NCBI GenBank assembly: GCA_028707065.1 | Contig: JAQTUZ010000002.1 | Coordinates: 70,513 to 134,512, forward strand | Reading direction: 5' to 3' | DNA length: 64,000 nucleotides | Source of the DNA: Patescibacteria group bacterium | Lineage (GTDB): Bacteria; Patescibacteriota; Patescibacteriia; Patescibacteriales; WJLG01 | Part shown: positions 33,971-44,272 of the stretch, one piece after another | Layout of the letters: each line of letters opens with the position of its first letter | How positions within the stretch are numbered: position 1 is the first letter of the stretch | Program-made: the position numbers and the translations under genes | Notes under the pieces: model-generated | Database searches by the model: none | What the model was told of the DNA's origin: nothing | What the model saw: the letters and a program-made list of their open reading frames with translations, nothing else

Positions 33971-34167
33971 ATTTTTCTTATCTTATTAGTTCCTTGTTTT
34001 GATTATAGCATAAATAATTTTTTATTCCACCTCAAATTAATTTAGTTACTTTTTATCCGCAGAGAATATGAATATCGTAGCTATTTACAAAATTATATTT
34101 TTATGTTATGGTACTTGGTTCTTTTGTCCTTTACAGCAACATAAAAATTCAACCAAGAGGTGAAAAG

Positions 34168-35007
34168 ATGAAAATATTCACGATTATCGCATTATCATTG
34201 CTTTTTAGCTGTTCGACTTATCTGGTTCCGGATCGTAAGATCAAATTAAGTTCCGGGCTGGAATTTAGCGAGAGTTTTATCTACGAGGGCACGACGTATT
34301 CTCTCGATAAACGATACCAAAAAGCATTGAAACCGATCGCTTTATTTCCCGAGGCGAATATTCTTCTCTCGGGAGTTGACAGGCTGGTGGATGACCTTGA
34401 CCATCATCAGAGCGAGGAGATGACCAAAAACTTTTATCTGAAAGTCAGAAATAGAGAAAAGTATGAGCAGGCAATATTCGAGTTGGCGGACAAATACGGC
34501 AAGGGCCGAAAATTGAACGAATTGAATGCCCGCGAAGCTCTGGTTTTGATTGCTCAAATCGTCAGGGGCCAGCTTGCGGATACCGGCGCGGTCGACAGTC
34601 TGATCGGAAAAGAAATCAATGAGCTGTTCCGGGTGCTGGAAACTAGGAAGAATTTTCACGTGAGCATTTTTGAGGTGATGAGTTTTGATGAGTATTTTTT
34701 GGCGGGATATAAAAATGCGGGCTATCGCTGCGGGATGGTTTCATGGAATGCGATTTACATTTTTGATCTATTGCAGGCTTATATTCCCGCGCTGGCCGAT
34801 GTCCGCATTTACGAATGCGGCACTCGCGGACCAGCCCATAGCTTCAATCTTCTTCTTAGCCGCCAGGGCGATCGCGTCGGCGTTTATTTGATCGATTTTC
34901 AGAAAGAAAAATTCTGGGAATCTAAACTCGAGATGATGCCATTACCCTGGGAAATGGTAAATCAGCTTGATATGTCGGATATCGGCATATCTCGCCTGGG
35001 CAGATAG
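34168..35007 (+). CDS. hypothetical lipoprotein
   Basis: ATG at 34168 follows GAGGTG. Lipobox LLFSC. Confidence 0.55.
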   Translation: MKIFTIIALSLLFSCSTYLVPDRKIKLSSGLEFSESFIYEGTTYSLDKRYQKALKPIALFPEANILLSGVDRLVDDLDHHQSEEMTKNFYLKVRNREKYEQAIFELADKYGKGRKLNELNAREALVLIAQIVRGQLADTGAVDSLIGKEINELFRVLETRKNFHVSIFEVMSFDEYFLAGYKNAGYRCGMVSWNAIYIFDLLQAYIPALADVRIYECGTRGPAHSFNLLLSRQGDRVGVYLIDFQKEKFWESKLEMMPLPWEMVNQLDMSDIGISRLGR

Positions 35008-35053
35008 GGGTTCTTCGGAACCTCTTTTTTTTGTACGAATTGCTAAGCGAAGT

Positions 35054-35767
35054 TTATCCTTTGGCGATGACCAGTCCCCAAACTTTGCCGGCGCCGGCGG
35101 ATTTTAAGATCCCGGCGGCTTCATTGAGAGTCGAGCCGGTAGTGGCCACATCGTCAACTAAAAGAATTTTTTTTCCGGATAGATTTTCGCCGCTCGGCGC
35201 AAAACAGCCCGTGATATTTTGTCTTCTGGCCGCCCCGTCCAATTTGGCTTGGGGCATTTTATGTTTGACGCGGATCAGAGTGTCTTGACAGGCAAGACTG
35301 GCGCGTTTGGCAAAATGGTTAGCGATTATTTCCGCCTGGTTGAAGCCGCGCCAATTGTATCTTTTCCGATGCAAGGGGATCGGGGTGACGATAAATTTCC
35401 GCAAATTGATATTTTTTAATTTTTCTTCGGCCGCCAATTTTTCCAGATAGCGGCCGGCGATCGCGGCCAGCACCTCGCCCAATTCGCGGGCAAAAGAATA
35501 TTTTAATTTTTTTATCAGTTCGTTGACGACGCGGTCGGAGTAATCGGCGCAAACAAAAACGCCGTCCAAATTATAATTGGCGGCGCAAGCCGGACAAGTC
35601 GATCCGAAGGAATTATCTTTACCGCAGAAAAAGCAAGCGGTATTTCTTCCCAACGGCAGTTTTAGCAAGCAATCCGGGCAAAGCCAGACGTCCTCCTTGC
35701 CGCAGCCGGCGCATTCGACAGGAAAAAGTAAATTTAACAATTTTGATTTTATTGTTTTGTCATCCAT
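35054..35767 (-). CDS. comFC: ComF family protein (phosphoribosyltransferase-type)
   Basis: N-terminal CxxC...CxxC zinc motifs and the PRTase loop ILLVDDVATTGSTL. Confidence 0.8.
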   Translation of the reverse strand: MDDKTIKSKLLNLLFPVECAGCGKEDVWLCPDCLLKLPLGRNTACFFCGKDNSFGSTCPACAANYNLDGVFVCADYSDRVVNELIKKLKYSFARELGEVLAAIAGRYLEKLAAEEKLKNINLRKFIVTPIPLHRKRYNWRGFNQAEIIANHFAKRASLACQDTLIRVKHKMPQAKLDGAARRQNITGCFAPSGENLSGKKILLVDDVATTGSTLNEAAGILKSAGAGKVWGLVIAKG

Positions 35768-35795
35768 GGCGGGCTGATCGCGAAAGAGACTTGAT

Positions 35796-35869
35796 ATTTG
35801 AAATTAGAAATTGGAAATTAGGCGTAAAAAATATATATTCCAAATTTCAAATTTCAAATTTCTAATTTC
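35796..35869. repeat. word-repeat inverted repeat (GAAATT word family)
   Basis: atttgaaattagaaattggaaattagg ... ccaaatttcaaatttcaaatttctaatttc. Confidence 0.7.
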
Positions 35870-35874
35870 TCTAT

Positions 35875-37113
35875 CTACTTCAATAAAATTTTATGCACCA
35901 ATTTCGTGTTGCTGTCCTGGAAAAACAAGCTGCTGCCGTCATTGGTGACCACGAGATTGGACATATTATAATTGCCGTCCGGGACAGCGACCAATTTTTT
36001 TTCTCCGGTGGCAATATTGATCTGATAAAGATTGTCGCTGGTATTTTGCGCCAATTCCGGAAAAAGGCCGGCGCCCGTATCCAGGCTTTGCGGTACGCCG
36101 CAATACATCGTCGTGTTATTGGCAAAAGTGCATTTGCTTGCCCAGGTAGCAACGCCCAGATTCCGCCGATTGGCGCCGATCGAATCGCCCTGCGCGTCAA
36201 CCGCCCACAATTCCGGCTTTAAATTATTGGCCGAGGAATAAACGCTATAGGCCAGCTGATCGCCTTGCGTTGACCATTTCGGCTGGAAACCGCGGCCCTC
36301 GATCACCGTTGATTTGAAATTTTCGCCGTTTTGTCCGAGAAAAAATACTTCCTGGCGGTCCAGATCGATCCCCTGGGTGTACATGGCGATGGTTTGATTG
36401 TTGGGCGACCAGGAATCATAAACCGTATCGGCGTTGGCTCCGATCTGCTCGATCGGCCGCCTGCCCGTGCCGTCATCATTGGCCACGGCCAAATAATTAT
36501 TTTCCGTGTCGATGTTCGAGCTCTTCAAGACGATCTGGGAACCGTTGGCGGAAAAATCAAATTCATTCCAAGTGCTGGGCAAAGTAACTTGTTTTTTAGT
36601 GTCGAAATTATAAAGAATTTTGGAATTATCCGGATATTCGATGATCGCTTTGTTTTTTTGCGGCGCCCAGACGACATTACTGACATTATAAAATATCTGA
36701 TCGGAAAGCAGCGTCACTTTGCCGTTATTGTCAACGCGATAAAATTTTCCATCATTTTGATTATAATATTGAACGCCCGAACCGTTTCCGGAAAGCGTCG
36801 GGTTGATCGTTGCGGCGGTATTGATCGCCGGAGCCGAGGTAAGGCCGCCGGCAGCTTTAGCCGTCGCGACCGGTTTGGCCGGGGCGATAGGAATGCCGCC
36901 CGGGCCGGTAGTCGCGGTCGGCGTGACCGGGCCGCCAGCGCCGGAGATGGGGAGTTTTCCGGTGGAAGTAGCGGTAACCGGCGGTTGGGGCGCGGGGGAG
37001 GGCAGGGAAGGCTTGATAAAAATAAAATAAAGCAAATACCCCAAAGCCGCCACCAGGACCAGAAAGCCGATGATGATGAAAACTCGTTGATATTTGGTGA
37101 AAAAATTCATCAT
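35875..37113 (-). CDS. membrane-anchored TolB-like beta-propeller protein
   Basis: N-terminal TM helix and a Pro/Ala/Thr-rich linker. PD40-like WSPNNQTIAMYT and PKWSTQGDQLAYS. Confidence 0.55.
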   Translation of the reverse strand: MMNFFTKYQRVFIIIGFLVLVAALGYLLYFIFIKPSLPSPAPQPPVTATSTGKLPISGAGGPVTPTATTGPGGIPIAPAKPVATAKAAGGLTSAPAINTAATINPTLSGNGSGVQYYNQNDGKFYRVDNNGKVTLLSDQIFYNVSNVVWAPQKNKAIIEYPDNSKILYNFDTKKQVTLPSTWNEFDFSANGSQIVLKSSNIDTENNYLAVANDDGTGRRPIEQIGANADTVYDSWSPNNQTIAMYTQGIDLDRQEVFFLGQNGENFKSTVIEGRGFQPKWSTQGDQLAYSVYSSANNLKPELWAVDAQGDSIGANRRNLGVATWASKCTFANNTTMYCGVPQSLDTGAGLFPELAQNTSDNLYQINIATGEKKLVAVPDGNYNMSNLVVTNDGSSLFFQDSNTKLVHKILLK

Positions 37114-37363
37114 AGATATTAAGCGTTAGAACATTGGAACGTCGGGGCATCGGAGCCTGTTTCAGTTATGGCGTTTTCCCCAAGCCCGGATTACCAAGAT
37201 TCTTTTTTTGTGTTATAATTTTAAGAGGACTATGCTATAATATATTATAAGGCAAATCAGCGGTTAAATCAATTGCCGGTTGTTTCAAGGTGTGTGTAAA
37301 AAATTGCCAGGGTCGGCTGGTTTCGCAGGAACGCGATATTTCGCGTTCTGACAAAATTAATTT

Positions 37364-38407
37364 ATGGCTTTATTTTCATCAAACAGCGCTTACATCGGAG
37401 TAGATATCGGGGCTTCGGCCATCAAAATGGTGGAGTTGGAAAAAAAACAAGGCCGAATCGAATTGGTTTCTTACGGTTATAGCGAAAATATCAAGGAGAT
37501 CGCCGGCGACGGCTGGACGAAGAACACCGAGTACGTCGTGAAAGTTATCGATAAAGTTTATAAAAAAATGGAAGCTACCACCAATCTGGCGGTGGCGACT
37601 TTGCCGGCTTTTTCAGTTTTTTCTTCGATCATCACTTTGCGCAATGTGGACAAGAAGGGGCTGGCCGCGGCCGTGGAATGGGAGGCGAAAAAATTCATTC
37701 CTTTGCCGCTTGAGGAAATGATTTTGGATTGGAAGGTGATCAGCAGCGCCAAGGACAAAGAAAAAAACAATACCATGGTCCTTTTGACCGGTTCGCCGAA
37801 AAATTTGGTTAAACGGTACGTGAATATTTTCCGCAAGACTCTGGTCAATCTGACCAATTTGGAGCCGGAAACTTTCGCTTTGATCAGGGCGCTGGTCGGC
37901 TCGGATAAATCAACCCTGATGCTGGCCGAGATCGGCGCCGCCAACACTGACATTTTTATCGTTAAAGAAGGGATCCCCGTTTTATCGCGCAGTTTGGACA
38001 TCGGAGGGAAAACGATCAGCAAGGCGATCGCTTCTTCGCTCTCCATCAGTTTGGAAAGAGCGGAACAATTCAAACGCGATCTGGGAATCGCCGGCAATCA
38101 AGCCGGCGGCGACGTGATCCCGAAAACGATCGGCAATGCTATCGTGCCGATGATCGAGGAAATCAAATATTTATTGAATTTGTACCAGAATAAAAACGCC
38201 GATAAAGTGGAAAAAATCATTTTAGCCGGCGGTTCGGCATTACTGCCCAATTTCTCCTCTTATTTGTCGGAGAAACTTAACATCAATGTTTTTGCCGGCG
38301 ATCCCTGGGCGAGAATTTCCTATCAGCCGGAATTAAAACCGATTTTGGCCGAGATCGGACCTTCTTTCGCGGTGGCCATCGGAGCGGCGCTGAGAGAACT
38401 GTCGTAA
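37364..38407 (+). CDS. pilM: type IV pilus assembly protein PilM
   Basis: Actin-like ATPase, IGVDIGASAIKMVEL...ILAGGSALLP. Confidence 0.85.
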   Translation: MALFSSNSAYIGVDIGASAIKMVELEKKQGRIELVSYGYSENIKEIAGDGWTKNTEYVVKVIDKVYKKMEATTNLAVATLPAFSVFSSIITLRNVDKKGLAAAVEWEAKKFIPLPLEEMILDWKVISSAKDKEKNNTMVLLTGSPKNLVKRYVNIFRKTLVNLTNLEPETFALIRALVGSDKSTLMLAEIGAANTDIFIVKEGIPVLSRSLDIGGKTISKAIASSLSISLERAEQFKRDLGIAGNQAGGDVIPKTIGNAIVPMIEEIKYLLNLYQNKNADKVEKIILAGGSALLPNFSSYLSEKLNINVFAGDPWARISYQPELKPILAEIGPSFAVAIGAALRELS

Positions 38408-38410
38408 AAC

Positions 38411-38527
38411 ATGATGCGAATACTACGAATTATTCGCGAATACCGCAAATTATTTATCGAATTATTTAATAATAATTCGATAGACCTGTTCGTAGTATTC
38501 GCGTAAAATTTGTTGTATTCGCATCAT
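38411..38527. repeat. word-repeat inverted repeat (CGAATA word family)
   Basis: atgatgcgaatactacgaattattcgcgaataccgcaaatt ... ctgttcgtagtattcgcgtaaaatttgttgtattcgcatcat. Confidence 0.7.
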
Positions 38528-38549
38528 AAAATGAAGTATTTATAGATCT

Positions 38550-39458
38550 ATGACCCTATTCTCTTTTTTACAAAAACCAAAAAAAGTTGAAGAGACCGGC
38601 GATGATTCGGGCAAGAAGATCGAGTTCGCGCAAAAGTTGCCCGCGGGTGAAGTCGAAGGCAAGGAAGCCTCAAAAGGCGGCAGTTTTAATTTTCTTAAAG
38701 GTTTGGATGAAAGGGAAGCGGGCGAGAAAGCCCCGGTAACGATCGCGCGCGAGCCAGAGGCGCCGTCTCCGGAAAATTCGGAGGAAGAAGAATCGGCCCC
38801 GGAAAAAAAGCCAAAGCAAGCCGGCCGGCTGGCTAAGTTTTTAAAATTCGATTTCGGCTCCCGAGGCGATAAAAATCCTTCTCGAATATTGGAAGTTAAT
38901 TTGGTCAAAGGCGAGATTGTCAAATTTTTTGATTGGCAGAGAGGGATTTTGGTGCTCTTAGTCGCCATTTTTATCGCCATGGCGGTTTTGAGCGGCATCT
39001 ATTGGGGGATTTCTTGGTGGGGAGCAAGCAATCAAAATGGCGTAAATAGCGATTATTTAGAGCAATATTATAAAGTCAGCAAGCAAATAAACGAGCTTAA
39101 TCCGCAAGTTGATCAAGTCCTCGCTTTCAAAGCCAAGCTTGATCAAGTTAATTTCTTGCTGGAGCGGCATATTTATTGGACTAATTTTTTCACTTTTCTG
39201 GAAGACAATACTTTATCCAATGTTTATTTTTCCGGATTCGAAGGCACGGTCAACGGCAGTTATTCTTTGGCGGCGGCAACCGACAATCTTGACGCGATTG
39301 ACGCGCAGATAAAAAAGCTGCTGGTTAATCCCGATATCGTGAAAGCCCAAGTCGATTCCGGAACAGTTTCCGGAGAAAAGGGCAAACCGGCCGTTTTCTT
39401 TTCTTTGTCGTTCGTCCTTGATCCAAAAATATTTTTATATTCAGAAAAAAATAAATAA
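38550..39458 (+). CDS. PilN-like pilus assembly protein with disordered N-terminus
   Basis: Single TM helix (ILVLLVAIFIAMAVLSGIYW), in the position after pilM. Confidence 0.5.
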   Translation: MTLFSFLQKPKKVEETGDDSGKKIEFAQKLPAGEVEGKEASKGGSFNFLKGLDEREAGEKAPVTIAREPEAPSPENSEEEESAPEKKPKQAGRLAKFLKFDFGSRGDKNPSRILEVNLVKGEIVKFFDWQRGILVLLVAIFIAMAVLSGIYWGISWWGASNQNGVNSDYLEQYYKVSKQINELNPQVDQVLAFKAKLDQVNFLLERHIYWTNFFTFLEDNTLSNVYFSGFEGTVNGSYSLAAATDNLDAIDAQIKKLLVNPDIVKAQVDSGTVSGEKGKPAVFFSLSFVLDPKIFLYSEKNK

Positions 39459-39536
39459 CCTTAACACCTTGAAAAGGGGAGTCTTGATCCCGCCGCGGCG
39501 GGACTAGCAGGGGTTTCCCCTTTAATCTGAATTTTT

Positions 39537-40184
39537 ATGGCGCAAAAGAGTCCCGAAGAGATTGAAGGCAATATTGAAGAAAAAAAAATCCGCACCAAGC
39601 AATTCAATAAATTTTTCAGTGATTATTTCAATTGGATTGTCGGCGGCGTGGTGGTGGCGATTTTTATTATTGGTTTTTTTGTCTTATTGCTTCCTAAATA
39701 CGGACAAACTGTCGATTATCTAAATATCTCCAATCAGCAGGAGATCTTGGATGCTTCGGCCAAGCGGGACGAGTTGAGCAAGATCCAGCAATTGCTGACC
39801 GCCTACAATAAAATCGATAAACAATATATCGATAAAGTCAACGCCATCGCTCCGGTAATCAAAAACAAGGAAGAGCTGTTTTCGGAATTGAATTATTTGG
39901 TTTCGGTGAATCAGCTTTTTTTGCAATCGATCAGTTTGAGCTCGACTGCCACTTACCAGGATCAAAACATCGTGCCGATCGCTCCGCAGGAGAAAGCGAT
40001 CAGCGGCAGCCTGGAAACGGTGAACATTGTTTTAAGCGTCAAAGGAACGACTTATGAATCGTTCAAAAATCTTCTGTCCGATCTGGAGAATAATTTGCGG
40101 CTGATGGATGTTTTGAGCATTAAATTCAGCCCCAGCGGCCAGACGACCAGTTTGATCATCAATGCTTACTATTCGAAAAATTAA
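39537..40184 (+). CDS. PilO-like pilus assembly protein
   Basis: Single N-terminal TM helix plus a coiled-coil segment. Called from gene order. Confidence 0.45.
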   Translation: MAQKSPEEIEGNIEEKKIRTKQFNKFFSDYFNWIVGGVVVAIFIIGFFVLLLPKYGQTVDYLNISNQQEILDASAKRDELSKIQQLLTAYNKIDKQYIDKVNAIAPVIKNKEELFSELNYLVSVNQLFLQSISLSSTATYQDQNIVPIAPQEKAISGSLETVNIVLSVKGTTYESFKNLLSDLENNLRLMDVLSIKFSPSGQTTSLIINAYYSKN

Positions 40185-40259
40185 TCATTTCGGCCGGGGA
40201 GCCTTGATCCCGCTCGGGCGGGACGAGCAAGAGTTTTCTCCTTAATTTGAACCTATCTT

Positions 40260-40547
40260 ATGGCTTTGGCAAAAATTTCTCGCAACAATCAAATCATCAT
40301 TTATCTGGCCATCCTTATCTTGGTGGTAATTTTCTTTTTTTATTTTTTTCGGCAGGCGTTGATAATGCCTAGCGGTTTAAGCGAATTGCAGGTTACGACC
40401 AAGCAAACCGGCGCGGTTATCAATCGGGCCGCGATAAACATCAATCTTGATCTGTTCGGGACGCCAAAATTCATGAAACTAAGATCGGAAGTGGCGCCAA
40501 CGACCAGTTTTCAAAGCGGAAAAAGAAATCCTTTCGAACCGCAATAA
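40260..40547 (+). CDS. small membrane protein, possibly PilP-like
   Basis: TM helix and C-terminal GKRNPFEP, an RDPF-like motif. Confidence 0.4.
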   Translation: MALAKISRNNQIIIYLAILILVVIFFFYFFRQALIMPSGLSELQVTTKQTGAVINRAAININLDLFGTPKFMKLRSEVAPTTSFQSGKRNPFEPQ

Positions 40548-40665
40548 TGTCTGTCTAATAAAAAGTTGTCATCAAGGTAGTGCTAACCACCCAATTTTTT
40601 TAGTTTAACGAGACAGGGTGAATTTCTTTCGCGGCAATCGGGAGGTTTATTCCTTAATTTGAACT

Positions 40666-42429
40666 ATGTTAAATGATAAGGAAAAAGAATTTTTGGATTT
40701 GCTGACCGCTAAAAATATCATTACGGGAGTTAAGCAAGCCGAGTTGGAAAAATTTTTGGCGGGAACGGAAAAGACCTTGGAAGACGTTTTGCTTGAGGAA
40801 AAAATTCTCAGCGCGGAGGAAATCGTCGCTCTCAAAGCCGAAGCGGCCGGCGTTGTTTACCGCGATATCAGCGATATTTCGGTTACCGAGGAAGCTTTGG
40901 GCGTCATCCCTTTCGAAGTAGCGCAGAATTATAAAATCGCTTGTTTTGAAAAAACCGGCAACAAGATCAAGGTCGGCCTGATCGATCCGTATAATTCTCG
41001 CGCGTTCGAAGCGGTAAATTTTTTGGTTAAAGAGCAGAATCTGAAAGTCGAGTTTTATCTCATCTCTGAAGAAAATTTAGACAATATTTTTAATAAATAC
41101 CGGACGCTCTCCAAGGAAATTTCGACGGCCCTGGAAACCAAGGCCAGGGAAGCCGGGGAAGTGGAGACGATCGAGGAGGGCCGGGCCGAAGAATTGGCGG
41201 AAGAAAATGTTATCAGTGCGCCGGTGGCCAGGATCGTTTCCGTGATCATCAGGCACGCGGTTGAAGAAAAAGCCAGCGATATTCATATTGAGCCGATGCC
41301 CAAGGAAACCAGAGTGCGGTATCGGGTTGACGGCTTATTGCGGACTTCCTTGATTTTGCCCAAAAGCATCCACAGCGCCATCGTCGGCCGCATCAAAGTT
41401 CTGGCTAAATTGAAATTGGACGAAACCAGAATTCCCCAAGACGGCCGCATCCGCCTGCTGATCAATAAAAAGGAGATCGATTTCAGAATTTCCATCATGC
41501 CGCTCTTGGGCGAAGAAAAAGTAGTGATGAGAATCTTGGATTTGGGCCGGGGAATACCTTCGCTGGAAGAACTGGGCTATGATGAGCACGCCTTGAAAAT
41601 CATCCGCAAAACCATCAAGAAAACTTTCGGACTTTTTTTGATCACCGGTCCGACCGGTTCGGGAAAATCCACGACCTTGGCCGCGGTGCTGAATATCCTT
41701 AATCGCGAAGAGATCAATATCGTGACTCTTGAAGATCCGATCGAATATTTCGTCAAAGGCACGAATCAATCGCAGATCCGGCCGAATATCGGTTATACTT
41801 TCGCTAACGGCCTGCGTTCGATTTTGCGCCAGGATCCGGACGTGGTGATGGTCGGCGAGATCAGAGACAACGAATCGGCCGAACTTTGCGTTAATGCCGG
41901 TTTGACCGGCCATTTTGTCTTATCCACCTTGCATACCAACAGCGCGATGGACGTGGTGCCCCGCTTGGTCGATATGAAAGTCGAGCCGTTTCTTCTGGCT
42001 TCGACGCTCAAATCGATGGTGGCGCAAAGATTGGCCAGAAGGATCTGTCTGAACTGCAAAAAGAATCTTAAAGTCGAACCGGGAGTGATCGAGCAGGTCC
42101 GGAGAGAATTGGCGCAAGTTCCTTCCTATATGCTGCAAGCAAGGTTGCCGGGCGTCAAAACCGTAAAAGACATCGACGAATCTTTTTTTTATTACGGTCC
42201 GGGCTGCATCCATTGCAAGAATACCGGTTATCAGGGGCGCATCGCCATTTTGGAAATTATCGACGTCAATGAAAAAATCCAGGAAATGGTCTTGAATCCC
42301 AAGAAAATCATCCGCGAAGATGATGTCCGCTCCAGCCAGGAATTCATTACGATCAAGGAAGACGGCATTATCAAATCCCTTCAGGGTTTAACCACCTTGC
42401 AGGAAGTGTACAGAGTCATTCAGGAGTAA
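40666..42429 (+). CDS. pilB: type IV pilus assembly ATPase PilB (GspE family)
   Basis: Walker A GPTGSGKST, Asp/His boxes and the tetracysteine CLNC...CIHC. Confidence 0.9.
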   Translation: MLNDKEKEFLDLLTAKNIITGVKQAELEKFLAGTEKTLEDVLLEEKILSAEEIVALKAEAAGVVYRDISDISVTEEALGVIPFEVAQNYKIACFEKTGNKIKVGLIDPYNSRAFEAVNFLVKEQNLKVEFYLISEENLDNIFNKYRTLSKEISTALETKAREAGEVETIEEGRAEELAEENVISAPVARIVSVIIRHAVEEKASDIHIEPMPKETRVRYRVDGLLRTSLILPKSIHSAIVGRIKVLAKLKLDETRIPQDGRIRLLINKKEIDFRISIMPLLGEEKVVMRILDLGRGIPSLEELGYDEHALKIIRKTIKKTFGLFLITGPTGSGKSTTLAAVLNILNREEINIVTLEDPIEYFVKGTNQSQIRPNIGYTFANGLRSILRQDPDVVMVGEIRDNESAELCVNAGLTGHFVLSTLHTNSAMDVVPRLVDMKVEPFLLASTLKSMVAQRLARRICLNCKKNLKVEPGVIEQVRRELAQVPSYMLQARLPGVKTVKDIDESFFYYGPGCIHCKNTGYQGRIAILEIIDVNEKIQEMVLNPKKIIREDDVRSSQEFITIKEDGIIKSLQGLTTLQEVYRVIQE

Positions 42430-42435
42430 AAGAAT

Positions 42436-42564
42436 AAATCCGAAACTCAAAATCCTAAATCCGAAACAAATTTAAAGCACAAAATCCAAAATCCAAAACG
42501 TTTCGAATTTTTGTTATTTGGATTTCGGATTTGTCTCGGATTTTGTGCTTAGGATTTCGGATTT
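42436..42564. repeat. word-repeat inverted repeat (GGATTT/AAATCC word family)
   Basis: aaatccgaaactcaaaatcctaaatccgaaac...gcacaaaatccaaaatccaaaacg / ...atttggatttcggatttgtctcggattttgtgcttaggatttcggattt. Confidence 0.7.
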
Positions 42565-42597
42565 CAACGTTTGTTATGCTATAGGGATTAATATATT

Positions 42598-43011
42598 ATG
42601 ATTAAAGAAATAGTTGACAATAAAGACAAACCAAGGATTTTACTCTTGGAGGATTATCCCGATTTGATCGAGTATTACTTTGCCAAATTGACCGAGGCGG
42701 GATTTGCGGTGGATGTGGAAAGCGATGAAGACCATGGCCTCTCGCAAGTCTTAAAAGATAAGCCGGATCTGGTTATTTTAGATATCAGTTTGCCCAAAGC
42801 CGATGATTTCGGTTTTATCAGGGAAATGAAAAAGCATCCGGAAATAGCGGGTGTACCGGTTTTGATCTTAACCGATCTGGCGGACGAGAAAGACGTTGAG
42901 GCGGGTTTGAAAGCGGGAGCCAGCGTTTATCTGGTCCGGGATGATTTCGCTTTTGCCCAAGTTATTGATAAGATAAAGGAAGTGATCGAAAAAGTAAGAA
43001 GTAAGAAGTGA
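42598..43011 (+). CDS. single-domain response regulator (CheY-like receiver)
   Basis: ILLLEDYPDL, phospho-acceptor region DLVILDISLP, and PVLILTD. Confidence 0.85.
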   Translation: MIKEIVDNKDKPRILLLEDYPDLIEYYFAKLTEAGFAVDVESDEDHGLSQVLKDKPDLVILDISLPKADDFGFIREMKKHPEIAGVPVLILTDLADEKDVEAGLKAGASVYLVRDDFAFAQVIDKIKEVIEKVRSKK

Positions 43012-43057
43012 GAAGTAAGAAATCATTTTTAGTTCTGACTTCTTACTTCTAATTTCT
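42993..43057. repeat. word-repeat inverted repeat (GTAAGAA word family)
   Basis: agtaagaagtaagaagtgagaagtaagaaatc ... ctgacttcttacttctaatttct. The left arm overlaps the CDS 3' end. Confidence 0.65.
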
Positions 43058-43072
43058 AACTCCCTGTTTTAT

Positions 43073-44119
43073 ATGGATTCTCCCGTAGAATTTTTTAAAC
43101 GCATGTTGCTCGATTTGGCCAAGAAAAACGCTTCGGGGTTGCATTTGTCCGTGGGTTCGGTTCCCATGTTGCGCAATTACGGCCGGTTGAACGAGCAAGA
43201 AGGCGAGGAGGTGCTTGTAAAAGAGGATTTGGAAAAAATCATCCGCTCTTTTCTTTCCGAAGAAGAGTTGAGTATTTTGGCGGAAAAAAAAGAGCTGCTT
43301 TTCGTCAAAGATTTCGGAGAAAATTTTCGTTTTCGCGTCAATGTTTTTTATCAAAAAGACAGCCCTTCCATTTCCCTGTCCTATATTTCCGAATCAATCG
43401 CCGATTTGGACAATCTGGGCTTTCCCAATACTTTCAAGAAAAATTTGTTAAACGCCACCGGGCTTTTGATCGTGGCCGGGCCGCCGGCTTCGGGAAAGAC
43501 TTCGACGATCGCCGCCATCATTGAGCGGATCAATAAAGAAAAAAGAAAATATATCATCACTCTCGAAGATCCGATCGAGAAAATTTTCGTCAACAAAAAA
43601 AGTTTGATTGATCAGCGCCAAGTCGGCCGCGACGTCAATAATTTTTTTGACGGCTTGCGGCATTGTTTGGAAGAAGATATTGATGTTGTTTATATCGACG
43701 AGATCAGGGTGGATTTCGAGTTAGCTTTGCCTTATATTTTAGAATTGGCTTCGGGAAATACTTTGGTTATTCTGGAGATCAACGCGGAAAATTCCATCCG
43801 GGCGCTGGAAAAAATTCTTAACACGGCGAGCAAGAATTTAACCAAGGAATCCGTCCATTTTATGCTGGCCGACGTTCTTTTCGGAGTGGTCGCGCAAAGG
43901 TTGATCCCCAATCGGGAAAGCGGCCTTTCGCTGGCGCTGGAGGTGTTATTGTCCAATTTCGCCGTTAAATCATTGATCAGGGAAGGGAATATTTACCAAT
44001 TGGAAGGGATTATCCAGAATTCGGCCGAAGAAGGAATGATCAGCATGGAAAAATCGATCAAAGATCTGGTTCTTTCCGGGGAAGTGGACCGCACGGAAGC
44101 GGGGGACATTGAAATTTGA
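43073..44119 (+). CDS. pilT: twitching motility ATPase PilT
   Basis: Walker A GPPASGKTST and the body typical of PilT. Confidence 0.9.
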   Translation: MDSPVEFFKRMLLDLAKKNASGLHLSVGSVPMLRNYGRLNEQEGEEVLVKEDLEKIIRSFLSEEELSILAEKKELLFVKDFGENFRFRVNVFYQKDSPSISLSYISESIADLDNLGFPNTFKKNLLNATGLLIVAGPPASGKTSTIAAIIERINKEKRKYIITLEDPIEKIFVNKKSLIDQRQVGRDVNNFFDGLRHCLEEDIDVVYIDEIRVDFELALPYILELASGNTLVILEINAENSIRALEKILNTASKNLTKESVHFMLADVLFGVVAQRLIPNRESGLSLALEVLLSNFAVKSLIREGNIYQLEGIIQNSAEEGMISMEKSIKDLVLSGEVDRTEAGDIEI

Positions 44120-44269
44120 AATTAGTTGATTAGTCAATTAGTTAATTAGTTTACGTTATCAAAGATTGGTTATTTTAAAGTCATAAAATAGAAAATTTTT
44201 CCATAGCCGATCAAATTTAACGAATCTGTTAACACCAAAACTAATTAACCAATTAACTAATCGACTAAT
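44120..44269. repeat. word-repeat inverted repeat (AATTAGTT word family)
   Basis: aattagttgattagtcaattagttaattagttta ... aaactaattaaccaattaactaatcgactaat. About 85-nt spacer. The right arm ends 3 nt before the pilC start. Confidence 0.7.
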
Positions 44270-44272
44270 ATT

